Source: an uncultured Thermoleophilia bacterium
Lineage (GTDB): Bacteria > Actinomycetota > Thermoleophilia > UBA2241
Direction of reading: 5' to 3'
Assembly (NCBI GenBank): GCA_963699725.1
Contig: CAVOVA010000027.1
Location: 170,066-234,065 of the forward strand
Length of the DNA: 64,000 bases
The translations under genes were made by a program, and so were the position numbers. Shown piece after piece: positions 37,848 to 47,501 of this stretch. Position 1 is the first letter of the stretch; every line of letters starts with the position of its first letter. The notes beneath the pieces are model-generated. The model saw only the letters and a list, made by a program, of their open reading frames with translations, had not been told where the DNA came from and did not search any database.

Positions 37848-38370
37848 CTGGGCTCCTTTCGGCCGGATGAGAAGAGGCGGACGGCGACGGGCCCGCGAGC
37901 GGTCGGCGGTTCCGAATCGTCAGCCTGAAGATTCACGGTAGGCGGGTGCGACGGCCCGGTCTCACCCCGGGTCTGGCCAGAGTCGGCTGTACATGAGGAG
38001 GATGGTCACGCTGGGCTCCCTCCCGAGCCGGTGGGCTCTCGGGCGACGTCCGCCTCGAGCCCGCGAGCCGGCAGCGGCGTCCGTCCCCGAGCCCGCCGCC
38101 AGAGCGTACCGGATACGCCGCGCCTTGGCATCCCCCACGCGTTCGCGCGCGGAACAAGCCGGGCCCGACCTCTCGCCAGGATGTCCCGCCGCGGTCCAGC
38201 AGCGAGCGCGTGCCCAGCCCCAGCCCAGCCGGACTCGATCGCTGATGCCTCCTGTGTTCGGGCACCGGTGCGCGAACGTGTCCGGGCCCGCGTGTGGACT
38301 CCGTGCGGCGGATCGAGCACCCCGGATAGCCGACTGCGGGTCCGCCGTGGCGCACCCGGCCCGCGGTCAC

Positions 38371-39285
38371 TCAAGGCGCAAGCTCCAGCGACGTCGCGCC
38401 CTCTTCCTCGTGCTCGCCGAGCAGCACTACCAGCAGACCGGCGATGACGATGAGGGCGCCGCCGATCACCGTCCAGATCGAGATCCCCTGGCCGAGAAGA
38501 AGCAGCGCGTACAGCGGCGCCGAGACCGGCTCGAGGTAGCCAAGGATGGAGCTGTGCTGGACCTTGATCAGGCCCATGCCGTGCGTCCACATCAGGTAGG
38601 CGACCGCCGTGCACAGGACGCCGAGCGTGACACCGGCGACCAGATCGCGGGCGGTGAGGTGGTAGCCGGCGGCGACCGTCTGCCACAGCGCCAGCGGCAG
38701 GAGGATGAGCGTGTCGAGCCAGACCTCGGTGAAGACGATAGTCACTGCGGAGACGCGCCTGGTGAGGTCCTTGACCACGAGCTGGAAGGCGGCGTAGCCA
38801 AAGCCTGCGAGGATGCCCGCCGTGACTCCCCAGGCGGAGAGCCGGACGCCCTCGCCGAGCAGAGGCGGCGTCAGGATCACGGCCAGTCCGACGAGGGCGA
38901 TCGCCAGCGCGGGGTAGACGATGCCCTCGGTCCGGGTGCGAAACACGCGCGGCGCGATCAGCGCCACCCAGACCGGCGCGAGGAACTGCAGGAACATGCC
39001 GATGGCGACGCTGGTCCCGCGGATGGCGGCGAAGAAGAGCAGGAGCATGAAGGCGTCGATCGCGGCCATCAGCAGGAGGCGCGGCCAGACAGAACGGGCG
39101 GCGACACCGGCGAGCGGCCGGCGGCGGGCGAAGACCACGCCGAGCACGAGTCCTGCCGTCGCAAACCGCAAGACCAGCAGGGCGCTCTCCGGCGCCGGCG
39201 CCCATTCCACGAGAGCGCCGATGAGCCCCATGATGAGGAAGGAGCCCGCGACGAGCAGGTAGCCGCGCACGGCGCGACTCTTCAT
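38371..39285 (-). CDS. EamA/DMT family transporter (6th of tandem array)
   Basis: About 10 TM helices, VQHSSILGYLEPV. Confidence 0.88.
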   Translation of the reverse strand: MKSRAVRGYLLVAGSFLIMGLIGALVEWAPAPESALLVLRFATAGLVLGVVFARRRPLAGVAARSVWPRLLLMAAIDAFMLLLFFAAIRGTSVAIGMFLQFLAPVWVALIAPRVFRTRTEGIVYPALAIALVGLAVILTPPLLGEGVRLSAWGVTAGILAGFGYAAFQLVVKDLTRRVSAVTIVFTEVWLDTLILLPLALWQTVAAGYHLTARDLVAGVTLGVLCTAVAYLMWTHGMGLIKVQHSSILGYLEPVSAPLYALLLLGQGISIWTVIGGALIVIAGLLVVLLGEHEEEGATSLELAP

Positions 39286-39298
39286 CGGACGCGCGGCG

Positions 39299-40231
39299 TC
39301 ACAGCGGCTCCGGCTCGGCAGCCGCGGCGACCGAGGCCTCGCCCTCGCCGCGCCCGAAGATCACCACCAGCAGACCGGCGCCGAGAATGAGCGCGCCGCC
39401 GATGACGGTCCAGGCGGTCGGCAGCTGCCCTACCAGGAAGACGGCGTACAGCGGCCCTGCCACGGGCTCGATGTAGCCGAGGATGGTGACGTGCTCAACG
39501 CGCACGCGCTTCGTGCCCTCGATCCAGAGCGTGTACGCGATGGCCGTACAGAACACGCCCATGACGACGGCCGCGATCCAGATGCGGTCGTCCGGCTGAT
39601 ACCCCGTACTGCCGAGCTGCCAGAGCGCCAGCGGCAGGACCAGCAGGGCGTCCCCGCCGGCCTCCGCCGTCGAGATGGTCGACGGAGAGACGATCTTCGT
39701 CAGCCCCTTCACCGAGACCGCGTACGTCGCGTAGCCGAAACCGGTGAAGAGGGCGGCCAGCAGCCCGGCGAAGGAGAGCGTGACCTCCTCGCCGACGAGA
39801 TCGGGGACGAGGATCACGGTCAGGCCGGCGAGAGCGAGGGCGAGTGCGGGCCACACGATCGGCTCGCGCGGCGACTTGAAGAGGCGGGGCGCCGCCAGCG
39901 CCACCCAGACCGGCATCAGGAAGAGCAGGAACATGGCGATGGCGACGGTCGTGTGGCGCACAGCGTAGAAGAAGAGAAGCAGGGTCAGCGACGACATCGC
40001 CGCCATGAGGATGAGCCGCCAGGCGGCGCCCGGACGGCGCCAGTCGGCGATCATCGGGCGCCGCAGAAAGACGGCGCCGAGCGCCAGCGCCGCGAACGCC
40101 ATGCGCAGGAAGAGGATGATCGCCTCGGGCGCGTCGGCCCACGCGACCAGCGGCGCGCTGCCGGCCATGCCAAGGTACGAGATCAGGACGATCGCATAGC
40201 CGAGCAGGTCGCGACGCGGAGCGACGCTCAC
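39299..40231 (-). CDS. EamA/DMT family transporter (5th)
   Basis: VRVEHVTILGYIEPV; GTG overlaps upstream TGA. Confidence 0.86.
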   Translation of the reverse strand: MSVAPRRDLLGYAIVLISYLGMAGSAPLVAWADAPEAIILFLRMAFAALALGAVFLRRPMIADWRRPGAAWRLILMAAMSSLTLLLFFYAVRHTTVAIAMFLLFLMPVWVALAAPRLFKSPREPIVWPALALALAGLTVILVPDLVGEEVTLSFAGLLAALFTGFGYATYAVSVKGLTKIVSPSTISTAEAGGDALLVLPLALWQLGSTGYQPDDRIWIAAVVMGVFCTAIAYTLWIEGTKRVRVEHVTILGYIEPVAGPLYAVFLVGQLPTAWTVIGGALILGAGLLVVIFGRGEGEASVAAAAEPEPL

Positions 40232-41172
40232 AGCGGCGGCTCCAGACTCGGCTCGCCGCTGCCGAAAGCCACGACCAGCGCGCCCGCGATCAGGATGAGC
40301 GCGCCGCCGGCGATCGTCCAGGCGGCGATGCCCTGCCCGAGAAAGACGAACGCATAGATCGGCGCCGCGACGGGCGTGATCAGCCCCAGGATGGAACTGT
40401 GCTGCACGCGGATGCGCGCCACGCCGTCCACCCACATCGTGTACGCGAGCGCTGTGGAGACAAGACCCATGGCCAAAGCCGTCACCCAGTCGCGAGAGGT
40501 GAGCCCTTGACCCGAGTCCGCCAACTGCCAGAAGGCGAGCGGCAAGAGGAAGGCCGCGTCGAGGACGCTCTGGACGATGACCAGTGTCACGCTCGAGACC
40601 TGGCGGGTCAGCTGTTTCACGAACAGCTGGAAGAAGGCGTAGGACCACCCGGCCGCAAGACACGCGGCCAGACCGAGGACCGACAGGCTCACGGCGTCGT
40701 CGGCGAACGAGGGCAACAGAATGAGTGCCATGCCGGCGCCGGCGATCACCAGGGCAAAGTACACGAGACGCTCCGTGGCCGCGTGCAGGAAGCGCGGCGC
40801 GATGAGCGCCACCCAGACCGGCTGCAGGAAGAGAAAGAACGTGGCGATGGCCACGCCGACTGTGCGGACGGCAAAGAAGTAGGCGATCACGGAGAACGCG
40901 TCGAGCGCCCCCATCACGAGCAGGCGCTGCCAGTTCCCGGGCTTGAAGACACCGGCGAGAGGCTGTCGGCGGGCGAAGACCACAAGGAGGACCAGCGCCG
41001 CGAGGGCGAAGCGGATCACCATCAGCACGCTCGCCGGTGCGTCGGCCCAGGTCACCAGCGTCGCGCTGAGACCGAAGAGGAGGTAGGAGCCGATGACGAG
41101 CGCATAGCCGGCGGGATCACGGCCGCTCGGCGACGGCGTGGAGGCCGTGGTCCGGCAAGCTCCATCGCTCAT
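40228..41172 (-). CDS. EamA/DMT family transporter (4th)
   Basis: IRVQHSSILGLITPV; ATGA overlap. Confidence 0.86.
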   Translation of the reverse strand: MSDGACRTTASTPSPSGRDPAGYALVIGSYLLFGLSATLVTWADAPASVLMVIRFALAALVLLVVFARRQPLAGVFKPGNWQRLLVMGALDAFSVIAYFFAVRTVGVAIATFFLFLQPVWVALIAPRFLHAATERLVYFALVIAGAGMALILLPSFADDAVSLSVLGLAACLAAGWSYAFFQLFVKQLTRQVSSVTLVIVQSVLDAAFLLPLAFWQLADSGQGLTSRDWVTALAMGLVSTALAYTMWVDGVARIRVQHSSILGLITPVAAPIYAFVFLGQGIAAWTIAGGALILIAGALVVAFGSGEPSLEPPL

Positions 41173-42071
41173 ACGGGAGGCTCCAGCTCGAGATCCCCCT
41201 GCCCGCGCAACACCACGAGGATGCCGGCGGCCAGGATGAGAGCGCCACCGGCCACCGTCCACGCGGTGATGCTCTGGCCCAGGAAGACGAGGGCGTAGAT
41301 GGGTGCCGCCACCGGCGTCAGGAAACCGAGCACCGCGCTGTGCTGGACGCGCACCCAGCGCATACCCTCCATCCACAGCGTGTACCCCACCGCCGTGACC
41401 ACAAGCCCCAGCAGGAGAGCGACGATCAGGTCACGACTCGTGAGCCTGTAGCCGGTGCCCAGAGTCTGCCAGAGCGCCAGCGGCAGCAGGAAGAGTCCGT
41501 CCAGCGCGCACTCGGCAAGAACCATGGAGATGCTCTCCATGCGCCGGGTCAGTCCTTTCGTCACGAGCGCGAACCCGGCGTACGCGAGGCCGCAGGCGAA
41601 TCCGGCCACGAGGCCGAGGACCGAGACGTGGACGTTGTCTCCGAGCACCGCGGGGACCAGCAGGATCGCCAGCCCACAGAGGGCGAGGCCGATGGCGACG
41701 AAGACGAAGCGTTGCGTGGAGCTACCCAGGAGACGCGGTGCGAGCAGCGCGATCCACACTGGCTGGATGAAGAGGAAGAAGGTGCCGATGGCCACGCCGG
41801 TCTCCCGGACGGCGACGAAGAAGAGCAGCAGCGCCGCGGCGTCGAGAGCGCCCATGAGCAAGAGCCGCGGCCAGAGGCCGCGGTCCAGCAGGCTGGCGAG
41901 GCGCCGCCGCCGCCCGAAGACGGCGCCGATGGCGAGGGTGGCGATGACGAACCGCAGGACGAGGAGCACGCTTCCTGGCGCCGTCGCCCAAGTCACGAGC
42001 GTGCCCGACAGACCGATGAGCAGGTAGGAGGCCGCCACCATGGCGTACGCCCGTGCCGTGCGGCCGCTCAT
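41169..42071 (-). CDS. EamA/DMT family transporter (3rd)
   Basis: VRVQHSAVLGFLTPV; ATGA overlap. Confidence 0.86.
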   Translation of the reverse strand: MSGRTARAYAMVAASYLLIGLSGTLVTWATAPGSVLLVLRFVIATLAIGAVFGRRRRLASLLDRGLWPRLLLMGALDAAALLLFFVAVRETGVAIGTFFLFIQPVWIALLAPRLLGSSTQRFVFVAIGLALCGLAILLVPAVLGDNVHVSVLGLVAGFACGLAYAGFALVTKGLTRRMESISMVLAECALDGLFLLPLALWQTLGTGYRLTSRDLIVALLLGLVVTAVGYTLWMEGMRWVRVQHSAVLGFLTPVAAPIYALVFLGQSITAWTVAGGALILAAGILVVLRGQGDLELEPPV

Positions 42072-43030
42072 CCCAGCGGCTCCAGCTCGGGCTCTCCGCG
42101 GGCGTAGAGCACCACCAGGATGCCCGCGGCGACGATCAGCGCCCCGCCGGCGAACGTCCACCCGCTCGGCCGCTGGCCGAGCAGAACGAGCGCGTAGAGC
42201 GGGGCGCTCACCGGCTCGACGTAGGCGATGATGCCCGCGTGCTGGACGCGGATGTAGCGCAGACCGTGCATGAAGAGACTGAAGCTGAAGGCGGTGGTAA
42301 GGAGGCCGAGCAGGGCCGCCATCAACAGGTCGACGCCCGCGTACCGGTACCGGGCGGCGCTCACCGCGAGCAGTCCGGGGGCGAGCATCACCGCGGCGGT
42401 GAACGCGCTCTGCGTGAACACCACCGCCGTGCTGCGCACGTGCAGGCCGCGCAGACTCTTGGCGAAGAGCAGGTACACGGCGTACATCGCGCCGGCCCCC
42501 AAGGCGCAGACCAGCCCGGCGGGCGAGAGCCTCACGCCCTCCAGCAGCAGACCAGGTGCGAGGATCAGCGCCATGCCCGAGAGGCCCACCGCGAGGGCCA
42601 CGTAGACGATGCGCTCGGTCTTCTCCTTCAGGATCAGCGGCGCGATGAAGGCAAGGTACACAGGCGCAAGGTAACTCAGGAAGATCGCCACGGCCACACC
42701 CGTGTAGCGGATGGCGAGGAAGTACAGGATCAGGTTCAGCGCCAGCGCGACGCTGATCCCCAGCATGCGGACGGGCGCGCCCGGCGTACGCAGGTCGCGC
42801 CAGCTGCCGGTGGCGAGCACGACGATGCCGAGCGCGGCGGCCGCGAACGCCATGCGCAGGCAGAGGAGCATCGTCGCCGGCATGTCGGCGTAGGTGACCA
42901 TGACGCCGATGGAGCCGTTGGCGAGGCTGGCGAGGCCGACCTCGAGGTAGCCGCGGAGGCGCTCCGGAGGCTCGGTGGCGGCGGTCGTGGCACCCTCGAT
43001 GCCGTCGGGAGCGGGCCGGGCAATGGTCAT
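42068..43030 (-). CDS. EamA/DMT family transporter (2nd)
   Basis: IRVQHAGIIAYVEPV. Confidence 0.87.
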   Translation of the reverse strand: MTIARPAPDGIEGATTAATEPPERLRGYLEVGLASLANGSIGVMVTYADMPATMLLCLRMAFAAAALGIVVLATGSWRDLRTPGAPVRMLGISVALALNLILYFLAIRYTGVAVAIFLSYLAPVYLAFIAPLILKEKTERIVYVALAVGLSGMALILAPGLLLEGVRLSPAGLVCALGAGAMYAVYLLFAKSLRGLHVRSTAVVFTQSAFTAAVMLAPGLLAVSAARYRYAGVDLLMAALLGLLTTAFSFSLFMHGLRYIRVQHAGIIAYVEPVSAPLYALVLLGQRPSGWTFAGGALIVAAGILVVLYARGEPELEPLG

Positions 43031-43234
43031 GTGTACGCATCCGGCACCACGGGTGGTGCCGGATGCGGTGCCGGCAGAGGCGCCAACCCTGTCACCGACA
43101 CCATGGCCCCGCGGCGCAAAGGCCTGGAGGTCCAGCTGCAGCCCTGACGGTGCGCGTGGGTGCGGCGGTGGCCGGAGCTGCCCGTCCCGCGCAGACCACG
43201 GGCAACGCGCCCCGGTGAGGTGCGCGCGCCGCCG

Positions 43235-44155
43235 TCACGTCAGCGGCTCCACAAGCGGCTCCGCCTCGCCCTTGCCGAAGACGATCACGAGGATGCCGGC
43301 GGCCACGATGAGGGCGCCGCCGGCGTATGTCGTCCACGGCGGCTTCTCGCCGATGAGCAGAAACGCCCACAGCGGCGACGTGACCGGCTCCAGGTACCCG
43401 ATGATGCCGGCGTGCTCCACGCGCACGAAGCGGATGCCGTCCGTGAAGAGACTGAAGCAGAGCGCCGTGTAGATCAGGCCGCTGATCACGACGATCCACA
43501 CGTCAGTCGCCGTCAGCCGGTAGTCGGTGGTCAGCGTCTCCCAGACGGCGAGCGGCGTGAGCAGCACCACGCTGCCAAGACAGAAGAACAGCGCGAACGT
43601 CGAGCCGCGCACGCCCGTTCCCATGCTCTTGATGAGCATCATCGCCGTCGCGAACATCAGCCCCGCGAGCAGCCCGAAGATGACGCCGGGGATGCTCGTG
43701 GCGCCCTCGCCGAGGGCCAGTCCGGGCAGGACGAGGAGCGCCATGCCGCCGACGGCGATGGCCACCGCGACGAGGTCCATGCCCTGGCGCCGTGTACGCA
43801 GCAGCCACGGCGCCAGGAGCGCCACCCAGACCGGCGCCATGTACTCGAGCGAGACTCCGACGGTGACGTTGGCCAAGCGGACGGAGGCGAAGTAGAAGAC
43901 CAGCTCGAGCGCGACGACGAGGCCCACTACGACCATCCGGCGGAAGTGCCCCGAGCTGCGGACCTCCTGCACTCCGCCCGTCGCCAGGAAGAGGATCCCG
44001 AGGGCGATCCCGGCCAGCGCCATTCGCAGGACGATCAGCAGCCCGGCCGGCATCGTGGCAATCTGGATGGTCGTCGCCGAGGTGCCGAGGATCAGCGACG
44101 CGACGCCGATCTCGGCGTAGCCGCGAAGCCGCCGATCAGGGCGGGGTGCGCTCAA
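43235..44155 (-). CDS. EamA/DMT family transporter (1st)
   Basis: VRVEHAGIIGYLEPV; TTG start at 44155 after GAGGGGGG preferred over GTG 44188. Confidence 0.85.
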   Translation of the reverse strand: MSAPRPDRRLRGYAEIGVASLILGTSATTIQIATMPAGLLIVLRMALAGIALGILFLATGGVQEVRSSGHFRRMVVVGLVVALELVFYFASVRLANVTVGVSLEYMAPVWVALLAPWLLRTRRQGMDLVAVAIAVGGMALLVLPGLALGEGATSIPGVIFGLLAGLMFATAMMLIKSMGTGVRGSTFALFFCLGSVVLLTPLAVWETLTTDYRLTATDVWIVVISGLIYTALCFSLFTDGIRFVRVEHAGIIGYLEPVTSPLWAFLLIGEKPPWTTYAGGALIVAAGILVIVFGKGEAEPLVEPLT

Positions 44156-44183
44156 ATCCCCCCTCGCCGATTCAGGGATGCCT

Positions 44184-44222
44184 CTCACTGAGGGGTGCGG
44201 CGCCGCCGCACCCCTCAGTGAG
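44184..44222. terminator. Perfect 18-bp inverted repeat between RACE gene and EamA array
   Basis: ctcactgaggggtgcggc-gcc-gccgcacccctcagtgag. Confidence 0.6.
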
Positions 44223-44235
44223 CCCGCTGCGTGGC

Positions 44236-46023
44236 TCAGTCGCCGGCGAAGCCGAGGCGACCGGCGAAGACATCCAGGAAGCGCTTGTCGGTGGCGAGGT
44301 CGAGGAACTCGATGCGATCGCGCAGCCGCGCCATGCGGCGTCTCGCGCGCACGTCGATGAGGGCCATCTGGGCGCCTACGCCGGCGGCGTTGCCGACGAA
44401 CGCGACGCGTCGCGTCGCGACCGGCGGGAACAGGCCGAGGTACTGCGCCGCAGCCAGATCCAGGTAGTTGCCGAAGGCTCCGGCGATGTACACGGTGTCG
44501 AGCTCCTCGAGCGAGACGCCGAGGCCGTCCATGAGCAGCTCCCAGCCGGAGTGGATGGCGCCCTTGGCGAGCTGCAGGCTGCGCACGTCGTGCTGGGTGA
44601 ACACGATGTTGCCGTGCGGGCCGGTGGTGAGCAGGAACTCGCTGCCTTCCTCGCCTTTGCTCACCCGCGGGTGGTCCTTCTGCATACGGCCGCTCTTGTC
44701 GATGACGCCGGCGTGGATGAGTCCGGCGAGCAGGTCCACGACGCCCGAGCCGCAGATGCCGATGGGTTCGGCGCCGGCGATGGTCACGATCTCGACCGGG
44801 TCGCCCTCGGGCGTGATCTTCACGCGCTCGATGGCGCCGGCCACGGCCTTCATGCCGTTGCGGATCTGGTACCCCTCGAAGGCGGGGCCGGAGGCGCAGC
44901 TGGTCACGGTGACGCGGCCGTCGTGGGCGAGCGCGATCTCGGTATTGGTGCCGATGTCGATCGCCATCGACGGCCGCTTCTTGTTCGCGAGATGCGTCGC
45001 GGACACCACGGCGAGCGCGTCGGAGCCGACGAACCCCGCGATTGGCGGCGGGAAGTGCACGCCCCCGTCGGGGTTCATGTTGATGCCGAGCTCACTCGCG
45101 CGCAGCGTGAGCGGCTCGGCCGCAGCCGGAGCGAATGGCGCCTGGCCCAGTCCCACCGGCGACAGGCCCAGGGCGAGGTGATGCATCGCCGTGTTGCCGA
45201 CCACGGTCATGTCGCAGACGTGGTTGGGGTGGACCTCCTGGCGCTCGTACAGCGCGGCCAGGTTCGCGTTGATGCCCTCGCGCACGGCGGCCGCGAGCGT
45301 CGCCGTGTCGTTGTGCTGTGATGCGTGCGCGATACGGCTGATGACGTCCTCGCCGTAGCGCATCTGTGGGTTCTCTACGGCCTCCTGGTCGATGAGCGTG
45401 CCGAGATTCAGGTCGAAGAGGTAGGCGATGACCTTGGACGTGCCGATGTCGACGGCGACGCCGTAGAGCTCGCGCTCGCGCTCGCCCGGGTGCACATCGA
45501 TGACGCGCTTGCCGTAGCACGTCGCGGTGACCTTCCACTTGCCGTCGCGCAGCTTGGCCGGCAGGCACTCGAGGACGTGCAGCGGCACGTCGACGCCGCC
45601 GAGGCCGTCGTCGAAGCGCTCCAGGTCGGAGCGCTTGTCGACCAGCGTCGGCGGCTCCAGCTGTACGGAGACCGTGCGCACCGCCGGGCGGGAGGCGCCG
45701 TGCGTCAGCTTCGAGGTCGTCAGGATGCGGCGCTGGCCAGCGGTGCCGCGCACCTCGATGCTGACGCGCGCCGAGCGCGGATATGCCTGGCAGGCCAGGC
45801 GCCAGCCCTCGGCGCGCAGCTTCTCGGGGATGCGCTTGATCTCGCGCTCGGTCGGCGCCGTGAGCTCACCCGAGCCGAGGCGCATGAGGCACTTGCCGCA
45901 GGTGCCGCGGCCCGCGCAGTCCGTGGGGATGTCGATCTGGGCGCGCACGAGGCCGTCGAGCAGGTTCTCCTGCTCGTCCACGGTGAGCGTGAGTCCGATG
46001 GGCTCGACGAAGACTTTCGGCAC
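44236..46023 (-). CDS. ASKHA-domain/2Fe-2S reductive activator of corrinoid enzymes (RACE/RACo-type)
   Basis: CAGRGTCGKC...RLACQ ferredoxin; DIGTS, NPQ..YG.DVISR, DIGTNTE, GPAFEG, GICGSG, AGAFG. Confidence 0.9.
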   Translation of the reverse strand: MPKVFVEPIGLTLTVDEQENLLDGLVRAQIDIPTDCAGRGTCGKCLMRLGSGELTAPTEREIKRIPEKLRAEGWRLACQAYPRSARVSIEVRGTAGQRRILTTSKLTHGASRPAVRTVSVQLEPPTLVDKRSDLERFDDGLGGVDVPLHVLECLPAKLRDGKWKVTATCYGKRVIDVHPGERERELYGVAVDIGTSKVIAYLFDLNLGTLIDQEAVENPQMRYGEDVISRIAHASQHNDTATLAAAVREGINANLAALYERQEVHPNHVCDMTVVGNTAMHHLALGLSPVGLGQAPFAPAAAEPLTLRASELGINMNPDGGVHFPPPIAGFVGSDALAVVSATHLANKKRPSMAIDIGTNTEIALAHDGRVTVTSCASGPAFEGYQIRNGMKAVAGAIERVKITPEGDPVEIVTIAGAEPIGICGSGVVDLLAGLIHAGVIDKSGRMQKDHPRVSKGEEGSEFLLTTGPHGNIVFTQHDVRSLQLAKGAIHSGWELLMDGLGVSLEELDTVYIAGAFGNYLDLAAAQYLGLFPPVATRRVAFVGNAAGVGAQMALIDVRARRRMARLRDRIEFLDLATDKRFLDVFAGRLGFAGD

Positions 46024-46082
46024 GATCTCTCCTTGCGTTCCGTAAGTACAGGCGAGCGGGTCCTACCCCCTCGACTCCCTCC

Positions 46083-47378
46083 TCAGACCTTGACCGGCCC
46101 GAAGATGTCGGCCATGCGGTTCTTGCGGTCGACCACCTTCTGCATGCGTGCGTCCCACACCTCGCTGAGCGTCGGGCCGTGGCTCTCGTCGAACATCCCG
46201 GCCACGCCGAGGCGCTCGCGATCGGGCTCGCAGTCCTCGCAATGACACTGGCCCTCGACGTAGTCGTCGGGCTCCGTGTACTTGCTGATCACGCCCTCGT
46301 AGTTGCGCAGGATGATCTTGCCCGGCGCCTGGCTGATGACGTAGTTGGGGAACACCGGCGTCTTCCCGCCGCCGCCGATGGCGTCGATGATGTAGGTGGG
46401 CACGCCGAAGCCGGTGGTGTGACCACGCAGGCTCTCGTAGATCTCGATGCCCTTGGCGACGCTGGTGCGGAAGTGCGCCGTGCCCTGGGCGAGGTCGCAC
46501 TGGTAGTAGTAGTAGGGCTTGACGCGATACTCGAGCAGCCGGTGGGAGAGCTTCTTCATCACCGCGGCGCAGTCGTTGATGCCGCGCAGCAGCACCGTCT
46601 GGTTGCCCATGGGGATGCCGGCGTCGTTCAGGCGATCGCAGGCGAGCTTGCTCTCGGGGGTGAACTCCTGCGGGTGGTTGAAGTGGGTGTTGAAGTACAG
46701 CGGCTGGTACTTGCTCAGCATCGCCACGAGCTCGGGGGTGATGCGCTGCGGGCAGACGACCGGCATGCGCGAGCCGATGCGGATGATCTCCACGTGGTCG
46801 ATCGCGTGCACGCGCTCGAGGATGCTCTCGAGCTGCCCGTCGGAGAGCACCAGCGGGTCGCCGCCGCTGATCAGTACGTCGCGGACCTCGGTGGCGCGCT
46901 CGAGGTACTCGATGGCGTGGTCGATCTCGGCCCGGGCGACGATGTCCTCGGTGCCGCCGACCAGGCGGCGGCGCGTGCAGTGGCGGCAGTACATGCTGCA
47001 CATCTCGGTGACCACGAAGAGCACCCGGTCCGGGTAGCGGTGGGTGATGCGCGGCGTCGGCGAGTCGAAGTCCTCGGAGACGGCGTCCTCGAGGTCTTCG
47101 GCGTGGAACACGAGCTCGGGCGGCGTCGGCACGCCCTGCATGCGCACCGGGTCAGTGGGGTCGTCCGGGTCCATGAGCGACGCGTAGTAGGGCGTGACGG
47201 ACACGCGGAACTTGCCCATGCAGGCGTCGAGGTCACGGCGCTGCGGCTCGGTGAGGTTGAGCACGCCGGCGAAGTCGTCGGTGGTGGTGAGGCGGTTGCG
47301 GAGCTGCCAGCGGTAGTCGTCCCAGTCGGCGTCGCTGACGTCTCTGAAGCGCGGTATGTCCTTGCGGTCTCTGATCAT
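46083..47378 (-). CDS. kamA: Lysine 2,3-aminomutase (radical SAM, PLP)
   Basis: HRYPDRVL, CSMYCRHCTRRR, SGGDPL, HFNHP.E, YYYQCD, GGGGK, C-terminal CHCEDC. Confidence 0.9.
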   Translation of the reverse strand: MIRDRKDIPRFRDVSDADWDDYRWQLRNRLTTTDDFAGVLNLTEPQRRDLDACMGKFRVSVTPYYASLMDPDDPTDPVRMQGVPTPPELVFHAEDLEDAVSEDFDSPTPRITHRYPDRVLFVVTEMCSMYCRHCTRRRLVGGTEDIVARAEIDHAIEYLERATEVRDVLISGGDPLVLSDGQLESILERVHAIDHVEIIRIGSRMPVVCPQRITPELVAMLSKYQPLYFNTHFNHPQEFTPESKLACDRLNDAGIPMGNQTVLLRGINDCAAVMKKLSHRLLEYRVKPYYYYQCDLAQGTAHFRTSVAKGIEIYESLRGHTTGFGVPTYIIDAIGGGGKTPVFPNYVISQAPGKIILRNYEGVISKYTEPDDYVEGQCHCEDCEPDRERLGVAGMFDESHGPTLSEVWDARMQKVVDRKNRMADIFGPVKV

Positions 47379-47501
47379 CGAGCTGCTCCTTCTCCGCGAG
47401 GCCCCTGACCCTCACGGCTCATTCCTTCACTGGCGACGGCGGACTGAAGCGCCGGCGTTGATGCCCTGGTGCCCGCGCCGATGCACGGGTGCGTACGCAT
47501 G

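Noticed and set aside
46083-47378. EpmB or ablA/ablB osmolyte pathway
   Set aside because: Length and C-terminal Cys motif fit KamA; no efp/epmA or acetyltransferase is adjacent.
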